Shown here one piece after another: positions 53,296 through 64,000 of a stretch of DNA of 64,000 nucleotides. The notes beneath the pieces are model-generated. The model saw only the letters and a list, made by a program, of their open reading frames with translations. It was not told where the DNA came from and ran no database searches. The stretch is from Bugula neritina (taxonomy: Eukaryota > Animalia > Bryozoa). A program made the translations under genes and the position numbers. Each line of letters starts with the position of its first letter. Positions within the stretch are counted from its first letter, which is position 1. The stretch is from assembly GCA_964035545.1 (NCBI GenBank), contig OZ037767.1:14760998-14824997 (forward strand), read 5' to 3'.

Positions 53296-53697
53296 GACTA
53301 GACTGTTGGTGGAAAGAGGGTCTAATGAGTCATTGTTGTGTTGCTGATGTTATATTTAGAAAAATAAAGTAATGTTACATGAACATTGTATTATCTCTAA
53401 AAGGAAAAAGCAGTAAAGTCATTACTCTTTTTCAAAGTAACATAATATTGCCAAGTACTTTACTCATTCAGCATAACTATTGGTCACCCAATAAAACATG
53501 TTGTACTTCACTGTTACATTCCACTCGAATGGATAATTACTAACAGCACTGTCTCCCTCAGCCTTTAGCTGTGAGCTCCACCAATCATATAGCTCTCTCA
53601 ATACATACTAACCATACACAAAGATGACTGTGTTTGCCTCTACAACAGAATAAAAAGTTGTGCTTTTACATTATCTTCTAATGAGCAAACAAACTAT

Positions 53698-53930
53698 CCA
53701 ATGAAGTATCTCCACACATCAAAATACCCAATAGAGTACCTTCACACATTATTATATCCAATAGAAAACTTCCACACATGAGAATAGCAAATTTATAGAA
53801 TAACAACACACACCATAATAGCCAATAGAGCAGCTTTGCACACAATAATAGCCAATAGAATATCTCCACAAATTAGGATATCCCATAGAATATCATCACA
53901 CACCATAATGTTCAATGGAATACCTCTGCA
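53698..53930. repeat. Degenerate 30-bp tandem repeat, about 8 copies
   Basis: ccaatagaNNNNNtccacacaNNataataN units. Confidence 0.7.
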
Positions 53931-55124
53931 CAAAAGAAAATAATACAGACAAGGATGAACATTTACCTGCTTGTAATGGATGCTGCCTTATATTAGTTCT
54001 CATCTTCTTACAAAGGTCTGGTAGAATCAATGTTCAACTTGATCAACTAAAAGTTCAATCAAACTGTAATCAGCAACACATATCCCATCATACTTGTATA
54101 ACATTATCATATAATCATACACTGCTGCAGCTTCTTTCCCCCACAACCCTACCAGAAGTAGTGCACAGAGATAAGTGTCTGAAACGTCTAGTAGCGAAGA
54201 TAGAGGGCGCTACTCCAATCCTAGTTTTGTCAGATATCACTCAACGATTATGGTTATAAATGCAACACCTAATAAATGGAATAATTGGAACAATTTTCGC
54301 TGACAAATTACGAGAGCATAGAGATTACGAAAGAAGAGAGGTTACGTAGCTGTATTACCTTTGAAAGGCGACGTATGTAAAGTGCTGTGTTAATGTACGT
54401 GCGTCTGCAGTCCAACAAGATTCGGTCGGTCCGGCTAGACAATCGACCAATCATGTGATGTGTACTTACTAGCAAGACATGGATACATGTTTTACGGAAG
54501 AGTATGCATTCTTGTTTTAATTGGACATTATAAGTGCTGGCAGTTACCTCTCAATCATAAACCATTTGACAGTAACTCGAGATTTGATTTTCATGAACAA
54601 TCATTAGACCGATTTGAAGTCCTTGCAAAGCAGACGAAAATTGAGAAAAACGACAGATTCTATTCTAGCAGCCATGTAGTGGGTATTGCACGGCGTCAAA
54701 GCTAGCAAAAGGACATTCATGTACTAAACTTTATTGTTGGGGATCTTTATTTACAAAAGAGCATCAATGCTTATGGCTGCTAAAAACTTGTTTAAGTTTT
54801 ATCATAGTGAAAACATGAATATATACAGAACAAGATTTCTTTCGGAAATATTAAACCCAGTACAATGTGTGAAGTATTATTACGGGCAACACAGATGCAG
54901 ACTAATAAGAATGTGATTGGCTAGACAACGCTGTCCCAGAGGTCGTCTATATATCTATACTATTTCGAATCAGGAAGATATTCGGCGAGTGACGGCGTGA
55001 GAGCGGTAGGTGTACGATCCACTTCAATTACGTCTAAAAGAGTGAAGAAATACGGGTATTAGCAGAGCAGCGTGACGAGTAGTAGTAGCACAGCAGGACG
55101 TCGACTCTGCCATTACCATCACCA

Positions 55125-58044
55125 TCAGGGCGAACTGAAAGCTCGATTCCTGTTTCCATAGCAACAGTCATACAAACAATATGGACACCAGGGGCATTCA
55201 CTGATCAGAATGTTCGCTGTTCACAATTACGACAACAAATTAGGATCATCAAATGAAGGATAGCAGCAAATGTTGGATGACATTTCAGCAGCATGTATTC
55301 GCACTCTCTAGTGCTTTTGACGGCTCCATCACAAAACATTAGTGAAATAGCAGTGTGTTGAAAGTGTAATGAATTATATTCTAGCATAAACACTCATAAA
55401 ACTTACCCTAAATCATAGCTTGAGCCACCATTGTCATAAGATGACCTGAAATACATTAGGCATACATGTATGTATTACACATGCATGTTTATATTACACA
55501 CATATCTACAACATATACATGCAAATATTATATGTATATTTTCCTTTATGCTATTAGACCTTCAACAAAGTGGTGGTCAGTTTATTAGGAGAGGCCAGCA
55601 TGAGCTGAGGCTACTCTTGCACATTATTATGATACAGACTTACAAGCACCTGTACCACATGTCTATATATTGTAACACAGGGGCAGACCTGCAAGCACCT
55701 GTACCACATGTCTATATATTGTGACACAGGGGCAGACCTGCAAACACCTGTATCGCATGTCTACATATTTTGGCACGTAAACCTACCATCTGTCAGAGCC
55801 TCGACTTCTTGGCAGAGGACTTCTGTCCCTAGAGTAGGGGTCTGACCGAGAGTATGAATCCCTAGGTTGGTAAGGGTCTTTGGAGTAGGAGTCTTTTGAA
55901 TAAGGGTCTTTTGAGTATGGATCTTTTGAGTAGGGATCTTTAGAGTAGGGATCTTTGGAATAAGGGTCTTTTGAATATGGATCTTTTGAATATGGATCAC
56001 GTGATATGGGTCTTCGATCATACATGTCCCTGTGTGACAAACAGAAAGTGAGTATGGGAGGAGTTACTTCGACTGAGAGGAGTGAGTGTGACTGAGAGGA
56101 AGTGTGACTAAGAGGAGGGAGTGTCACTGAGAGAAGGTAGTGTGACTGAGAGGAGGTGGTGTGACTGAGAGGAGGTAGTGTGACTGAGAGGAGGCAGTGT
56201 GACTGAGAGGAGGTAGTGTGACTGGGAGGAGGCAGTGTGACTGAGAGGAGGTAGTGTGACTGAGAAAAGGTTGTGTGACTGCGAGGAGGTAGCGTGACTT
56301 AGGAGGTAGTGTGACTGAGAGATGTTAGTGTGACTGAGAGGAAGGAGTGTGACTGAGAGAAGGTAGTGTGACTGAGAAAAGGTAGTGTCACTGAGAGAAG
56401 GTAGTGTGACTGAGAGATGTTAGTGTGACTGCGAGGAGGCACTGTTTTTATTTCTACTTCTACTTCTACTAACAGAGAAGTTAGCAGAAGTAGGAAAGAT
56501 ATTTACCTGGGTGGAGGTCGTCTCTCATATGGGTCCCTACCATAAGGGTCTCTAGCGTAGGGGTCCCTGGCGTATGGGTCTCTAGCATAGGGGTCTCTTG
56601 CATAAGGATCCCTAGCGTAGGGGTCACGTGCGTATGGATCCCTGGCATAGGGGTCGCGATCATAGTAGTCCCTACTACTTCGGCTATGAAACAGAACGAC
56701 ACACCAACTCATCATTTAACTTGGATATGACCTACTAATTGCATGAAAGATACATCAGTACAGAGGTTTTAGAAAACAAGAATGAACTTACGGGGGAGGG
56801 TAGTCGTCGTACCGATCTCTCCTATCTCTACTGCGGTAGCCATCTCCCCCTCCACTGTAACCACCACCCCCGCCTCCACTGTAACCACCCCCACCTCCAT
56901 TGTAACCACCACCGCCTCCATTGTAACCACCTCTTCCTCTTCCACCACGAAAACCTCTGCCTCCGCGTCCACCGCGACCTCCTCGGGAAGGTTTACCATG
57001 TGACATCTGAGTATTCAGAAACAGTGTTTGTATATATTATATAATAAGTTTATATAATAAGTTTTCATATCTGGTTTAGAGCATTCAGGGAAGCTAATCT
57101 AGTCACACAAACAGCTGATATGTGTAGCTCTTCAGGTAAAACTTACAAAAAAAACCAAAATGACTGTTTAAATCATGATGGACGAATCATTAACAACTCG
57201 TGCACAATGGCCGAGCCTATACTCATAGTGTTGTTCAGTACATGCAACGCACCTCAACTTTGATGGTGGCGCCTGCGAAGAATGCCCCGTCTAAACTCTT
57301 CACAGCTTCGTACGCTTCCTCCTCATTGTCCATGTGCTGGATAATAAGAATATTTGTTTTCAACCTGAGTAGTATGAAACTATCAGCCCAATATCTACTA
57401 CCGAAGGCATTGGGTCGAACAGGGCGCTATTTAACTGTTCCGTGAAACCGACAGTCTTTATATCCATGAGTTGATAAAATAATTAAGAAAGTCTTCTGCT
57501 ATCAACAGCTTGAGACTTACCAAACCCACTGATTGCAAGACATGCGTGTCAGAAAAACAAGGAAAGCAAAAGTGCAAAATGAATGCACTATGTAAAGTAT
57601 AATCATACCTCCTTTGGGGAATTTGATCTTTCTGCCCTTTGAAAATTGCAACATGGCAGTTGATATGTATTGTTATTAAACAGGTGTTAACATTCTTTCA
57701 AAGTATTTGCAATGCATAATTTTGTCTAGTAAATTTGGACTGATGTTACATTTAAACAAAGTACTGTGAAGTTACTAGAATCAGTAAACTTTAAGCTTGA
57801 TTGTAATAAAGCTGAGTGTAAGGTGACCTTTAAACCAGATGCGTAGAATATCTTCTCAACAGTTAAATTAGCACTACATTTTGGTAACACATTTAGAAAT
57901 AAATTGATAGGCTCTGAAACATACCACAAAACCAAAGTTGGTGAGTATAGAACACTCGGTGACTGTTCCATATTTGTCAAACAATGATTGTAGCTCCCCA
58001 CTGCGAGCACCATCAGATATATTTCCGATAAAAATCTTCACCAT
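55125..58044 (-). CDS. Single-RRM RNA-binding protein, RBM4/Lark-like RRM with RGG and RDPY/KDPY repeats (about 300 aa)
   Basis: Exons 58044-57925, 57336-57253, 57006-56792, 56683-56507, 56029-55787, 55445-55407 and about 55149-55125, all phase compatible. MVKIFIGNI...FDKYGTVTECSILTNFGFVHM. The last exon is uncertain. Confidence 0.85.
55636..55768. repeat. 49-bp intronic tandem repeat, about 2.5 copies
   Basis: caagcacctgtaccacatgtctatatattgtaacacaggggcagacctg begins at 55643, 55692 and 55741. Confidence 0.85.
56065..56440. repeat. 18-bp intronic minisatellite, about 20 copies
   Basis: (gtgtgactgagaggaggta)-type units. Confidence 0.9.
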
Positions 58045-60763
58045 TTTTCCAGCATGCACCCAGAGCAACCAATGCCTAAAACGGCATGTAAATCATTAGT
58101 GTAGATTTAATTTATGTGGCAGAAGCAGTTTCTAGGCCTGAGCAAAACGAAAATAAGCAGTAATTTAACTAAAATAAAAATGGCTTTCCAAGTTTAACAA
58201 AAAATACTAGTATTTCAATCTAGCATGATCATGTTTCACGAAAACGTCTTGTTTACAGAAATAAAGTGAGCTAGTAACTTTGTGGCTTAAACAGTAAATA
58301 GACTCAATATTTGTTGCTCTACATAAAATTTAATTCTAAAAAAGTGAGCTTTATTCACAAATTAGGTTTGGATTTAAGTTGGCACTGTAAGATTATTCAT
58401 TGTTAGCTGATAGTATCACAATAAACTACTAACTAAATCAGAATCCGATTTACTCCCAATAAAAATGTTATCTCATGAGATTGAGTTTATATACATTGAA
58501 AAGATAATGCTTAAGATAAAGCTATCACGATAATCATAAAAAACTACACGCACTTTAACTTCGCTTATAAAATAGAAAATTATTATGTTTAAAATAGCAA
58601 ATTTAGTTAACTATAACTAAACTACAATTATAATAAAAAGTACAAGTATAAGTATAATGATAGCCATAAATGATAAGAATGATTAGTATCACAATTACAA
58701 TGACCATCACTATTGGTATCATTGTGAGTTAAAGTATGACTATGAGTATGAGTCAAATTCAATGAGAATGACTATCACAATCACAAACCCAATTGTCACA
58801 ATGACTATGAGTATGATTCTCAATAATTAAAGGTTGATGAAATCTGAAAGTGTAAGTGTAATACAATAATTATTACTAAATCTAATAGCAATACTAATAG
58901 TAATACTAATAGTGATACTGATAGCTACAATCATTAAATTTGATAGTACAACTATAAGTATCTGTATTACCATTACTATTACTATTAGTATTAGTAAATA
59001 GTATTACTATTAGTATTAGTGAGGCTCAGGGGCAAGGCTAAGCCGGAGGTTAACTCTGCAGTCTGCTCTCAGGCTCTTACTTTGAGTGAGTCACTAGAAC
59101 TAAAGTAAAAGGAAATTAAAATTTCAGATTCAAAATTTCTTCAAATTGAATTTGAAAATGAAATACAATCAGTATCAGTATGAGTATCACAATGATGAAT
59201 GAGCATGATTATCATTATGATTATGAAATTGAAAGGATGTCAGAATTTTAGACACTTAATTTAAACATGCACTAACTGCGTTTGAATCAAGCCTAGGAAA
59301 TTTACCCGTAATCACAAAACACTTTTCTTACTAAAATTTCAATTTCTTCAATAAGTATAACAATATAAGCGTGATCTATTAACTTTAACCCTTTGATCAA
59401 TATGAATATGCAACTCCTGAAAAAAAACTCTCAACGCGATACTTCTATTAATAAACCGCTTAAAGCAGCGGAAAATTGAAGTTCCGGAGTGCAGTGCTTC
59501 GAGTGTCTCAAATATAATATTCATTTCAATTTAGAAAACCTTCATACGAGCGCTGCTTTTGGTGACCCAAGAAAACTATGCTGCACCTAGCAGCTCTCAT
59601 TTCATATACAATAGTTTTTGCTGAAGGACATAAGGACATCCGGGTTCTTTTTTATAGCAAACAAAGCTATACCCATAACTCCCAAAAACTAATCACAAGC
59701 GACACGTTGTATTATTGAGTTGTCCACTCATGTCTGTTTGTTGTATTTTTGGTTCATCAAAAAGGTTAAAAAAATATGGGGTGTCGCTAAAAACGGTTAG
59801 GATGTGACCTATTTATATGCCAATAGCAAAGCTAGTAGAGTTGCAATAGCATTTAAATGCTTCCACATTATGTTGTTTTATTTAAAAAAGACTATGAAAC
59901 TGACTGTGACAAAAATGGAGTTGGGATAAAAACACAACTAGATTCCAACATTTTCAACATGTATTTGCATATAACAAAACAACAGAGAGATAGTGGCTAC
60001 ACATGTTAAAGTTTAATGTTTACGTCAAGTCTTGTCTAGAATCTAGTTTGTATTCAGACATTTCATATTCAAAAGTGTTTTATATAGAAAAAGTTCAATT
60101 TGAAGCTGCTGCATTTGATCTTTACACTTGGTGCTAAAAATCAGCCTCGCTATAATTTATTCTGCCACTCTGCTATATTTAGAAGAAATTGGTAGGGCAA
60201 TAAATAAAACGGTGTACGAAATTATATTATATGCAATGTAAATAATATATCGATATAAACAATGTATCTAACTATCAGTTAGATTTAGACCTTCATTAAA
60301 ATTATTTGTGTATGCCATATATAAAACTTTAATTTTTGTTAACCTATTTAAATGCAATAAATATCTGTGGTATTTTCAGAAAAAAATTGTTGTGAGTGAT
60401 AAAACACTGCTAATTTCGTGTAAAACTAAAACACCTTATTTCTGTCTAAAAATAGAAGTTTGTCCCTTAACATGTCTAAAAATAGATCAAACATGATTTT
60501 AATTTCTTCATAATGTGGTAACGTTAACATTATAGATATAATCCCAAGTAGTAACCTAGTCATAGTATATAACATATTATATTATATAAGTTTTCACATC
60601 AGCCTGTCTATATGAACACAATGAAACTTCAAGTTCGAATGTGTTAAGAACAATTTAGTTAATTACAAGCATTTCTAAACATAAACAACAGATTGAAAAG
60701 CACTATTGTAATCTAAGAGCCTGTGATTGTTACAATCCTGTACTAAACCACTCTAGCTTAGCT

Positions 60764-60776
60764 GTTGCCTAGCAGC
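60764..60776 (+). promoter_or_regulatory. X-box (RFX)-like motif upstream of a probable non-coding first exon
   Basis: GTTGCCTAGCAGC, one mismatch to GTTGCCTAGCAAC. Followed by a GC-richer about 100-bp segment and cag/gtaaat at 60872. Confidence 0.4.
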
Positions 60777-60868
60777 GATTGTAGGCAGATCAGAGAGGGT
60801 CTGCTGCGCTTTTCAGCTGCTCATTGGCTCCACAGTGAAAGTCAGCAGTGTATACTTACACTTACTCT

Positions 60869-61012
60869 ACAGGTAAATGTACTCACTTTATTGTTTACAG
60901 GTAAATGTACTTACTTTATTGTTTACAGGTAAATGTACTTACTTTATTACTTACATGTAAATGTACTTACTTTATTACTTACAGGTACATTCACTAACTT
61001 TATTACTTACAA
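60869..61012. repeat. 28-bp tandem repeat, 5 copies
   Basis: acaggtaaatgtacttactttattgttt with 28-bp period (c at 60870, 60898, 60926, 60954, 60982). Confidence 0.85.
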
Positions 61013-62014
61013 ATATATGTATAGTAAATCTCTATTAGTTATTATTCACACCCTATATGTTATTTATTTATACTTTATAGTATAATATATTATAACACTA
61101 TATATATATACTTATTTTACTATTGTAGTATAAATTATGTTATGCCATAAAGCAATATCACATATTATATCAATTATAATAATTATAATATTATATTATA
61201 ATATAATACATATTGTATTATGACAATGTATATTATAATACAATATTGATATATTATACTACATTATACCATGGCATGCTATACTCATATATTGTGACAT
61301 ATACCCTTTTTACTATTATTATATACATTGATGAAGTTAAACTGGTGATATATTATGTTGCTATTTTGCATTGCAATTCAATTACTAACATATCCATAAA
61401 GTGATGTATACTTAATATTTAGTAATCTGCATTATATGAAGACTAATAAATTTATGTAACTTATTGGAACTATTACATTACTCCTTATAATATTATACTC
61501 TATTATAGCATATTACTTGCTGAATATTATGATTATTAAATTATAGCAGCCCTAGATGTTATATACTATATTGGCATATTATGTTATACTACATTAAATC
61601 GAATATTACATGATATAGTATTATTATCTTCAGTATATTGAAGGCTGTAAATGGCTCTGCATTATTTCAACTCATGGATCATAAATTCCAATCAACATGA
61701 CAAACTGAAACACTGCAGGAAAATAACCATTTTAAAAATATTTATTTAAAATATCGAATATTTAATCTAGTAAATGTTTTACATAAAATCTACTCAAAAA
61801 GATGAAATTATATTTTTATTAAGATACTAAGTTTTTGGTGATAAAAAAGAATGAAATCCAGTAATACTGATTTTACACCAGCAAAGATTGATAGTCATTT
61901 TACTTGATGAGAAAAGTCTTCAGCAAAGAGTCTATTATGTTTTCAAAAACATAATTAAATTTAAAAATTATCTGACTATAATAACACATGAGTGTAGTAT
62001 CGAGTTAACCCTGT

Positions 62015-62088
62015 GGGCCTCATGGCGTAATGGTAGGCACACTTGCTTGCAAGCCAGAGGTCATGGGTTCGAATCCTAGTGGGAGCAA
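62015..62088 (+). mobile_element. tRNA-derived repeat / pseudo-tRNA
   Basis: A box TGGCGTAATGG and B box GGTTCGAATCC, but the acceptor stem does not pair. A related copy with the same gcaattattttt tail lies on the minus strand at about 49115-49170. Confidence 0.6.
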
Positions 62089-63471
62089 TTATTTTTCAAT
62101 TTGCATAACTATGTTGAGTTTTTGTTTAAAATTATTATAAACCATTACATACATTAGTTTAAAACAATTTGTTCTACTGGAAAATACATATTAGTAACAA
62201 ATTTGATTTCCTGATTTACTAAATAAAACTGTTTAGACTTGAGATTTCATTTGTTGAGTTATGAGCTTTTAACTGGAACAGACTAAGCTGGGCTGTGGCT
62301 TGTATTGATTTCGCAATCCAATATTTCACCAACTATATTTACCTGTTGGGCTGACACAGCAACATTGTGTCAGTGGCAGCATCTATTTTTCTCTCCAGGA
62401 AAGTAGGTTTAATATGAAACTTAATCAAACTTATCTCGATATAATATGCTGAATTGAATGAGAATTTTAGATCAACTTTAATATTTTGTATCATATGAAT
62501 ACAAAGTGGCATCTCTCAACAAGCTAGGCTCACTGTAATATATTAAATAGAAAACAAATTATTAGATGACTTCCATTATAGATTCTATAATAAGATATTA
62601 ATTTGTATGCAGTCGTATATATATGAAGTATTATTTAAATGTTATTAAATTTATGATAAAATCAGTTGTTTCTGTACGCCAGGTGTGGTAGAGATAATTT
62701 ATTAAGGTGTATTTATTTGTGACCAATAAATCAAGTAAGATTAATTTACTTGTGTATATTTTACAGCTATTCATATTTAAATCTTCTGTGTTTAAATTCA
62801 TTCTAAAGTTTTTCCTACAAGCATATACAGGTCTAAGTACAGGCTGTGCTACAGACTATATTGATAAAATGTTAGGTTGAAAAGTGGAACTAGTGCCTTT
62901 AAACAATGTCAGCTAATCGATGATAGTGGAAGCTAACAGCAGTCAATGTTCTGCTTTGTTTGTCATAATGGCAGTGATTTGTTTATCAAAACAGTTACTA
63001 TTGTATTCTACAAAAAGCAGACTGGGTTTAATTGCTTAATTTACCCTTTTATCTTTTCTACAAGCTTTGTATTATAGTATGTAATCTGCAAATATTTAAA
63101 TATATGTAATATCTTATTGATAAAAGCTGAGTAGAAAATTATGACATGATGTACAAGCATGCTATATAATTATGAAAATGTACTTGTGTATGCCTTAGAA
63201 ATGGCTAGCAGGATGAAGCTTGGAGCTACTAATAGCTTACTAATGCAGGAAAAATAGCTTGCGATCTATATCATCACCATCCTGGGGCACCATGACCCCC
63301 TTACAGCCAATTGCTTACAATTATTTGTAGCTATTATATATCAGAGTATGGGCTAAACAACTAAAACACATTGACAATTCTTTAGCACATGAACTGAGAA
63401 TAAATTACACAGAGTTGTTTAAATACAGAACTTTATAACTTTAGGTTACAAGGTCACAAGGTCACAACGAA

Positions 63472-63708
63472 ATGGATGCATTTGCAAGTAGACAAAGAGA
63501 AGAATTGTATGGGGACAAGAGGTATAAAGAAGGAGCACAACTCCGAGACCGTCTAACCGCCAGCCATGTACTGAGAGATGGAGAGTTCAACATTGAAAAG
63601 ACGTCTAGCAAGCCTGGCTTTCAGTGGAGTACAGTTACCTACGATGATTACAGGAGAACATTTCAGACTACGGGTCAAGGCAAACAGTACGATGAGAGCT
63701 ACAAGCAG
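63472..63708 (+). CDS. First coding exon of an unidentified gene continuing past the window (possibly ciliary)
   Basis: Acceptor ends at 63444, ATG at 63472, 79 open codons, cag/gtcagt donor at 63709. Protein-like composition (STVTYDDYR). Confidence 0.65.
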
Positions 63709-64000
63709 GTCAGTTGGTGCAATTTATTAAATGTTTGAATTTAGATAGATTATTGATTAAATAGAGCAGTTGAGGAAAAATACATTGTCAGTCATTGTGG
63801 AATGACTTACAATTATAGAGTAATTTAACTATACTGTACATTATTAATTAATTTGTTTCAAAGATAAGTCTGTGATGTTAGCAATGAAACTATTCTTTGC
63901 AACACTGGCATAATTTATAATAAAACTTGAATCAATATAATATTTTCATTGCCAAATAGTATTAGTTTATATGCCATACTTAGAGTATGTACAATATTTA

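Noticed and set aside
53698-56440. Tandem arrays as CRISPR-like repeats
   Set aside because: Eukaryotic context, head-to-tail units without unique spacers, no cas genes.
62015-62088. Functional tRNA-Ala/Cys gene
   Set aside because: Acceptor and anticodon stems do not pair properly, and a related degenerate copy exists at about 49115-49170, so it is a tRNA-derived repeat.

Overview
AT-rich, intron-containing animal (invertebrate-type) genomic DNA. The main feature is a minus-strand gene that I could splice by hand through 12 GT-AG exons (14296 down to 1227) into one uninterrupted frame. It encodes LRRs, then a ROC GTPase, a COR-like region, an acidic linker and a complete caspase (p20+p10, SHG/QACSG dyad): a Roco-caspase fusion. 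Its LRRs sit on symmetric 141-nt phase-2 cassette exons. A second, diverged set of the same 5' exons lies 32 kb upstream (46777-49963) with no ROC/caspase of its own. The introns are full of mobile elements. These include a young non-autonomous gypsy LTR element (8449-13671) whose gag ATG can splice in frame to an env-position C2H2 zinc-finger ORF, a nested MULE/hAT/Academ stack, a 23.3-kb TSD-bounded Buster-type hAT carrying an R4/Dong-like LINE, solo LTRs, MITEs and SINEs. The right end holds a single-RRM RBM4/Lark-like gene with RGG and RDPY/KDPY repeats, and the first coding exon of a divergently oriented gene with an X-box-like motif. All gene models come from reading the sequence and have no transcript support.
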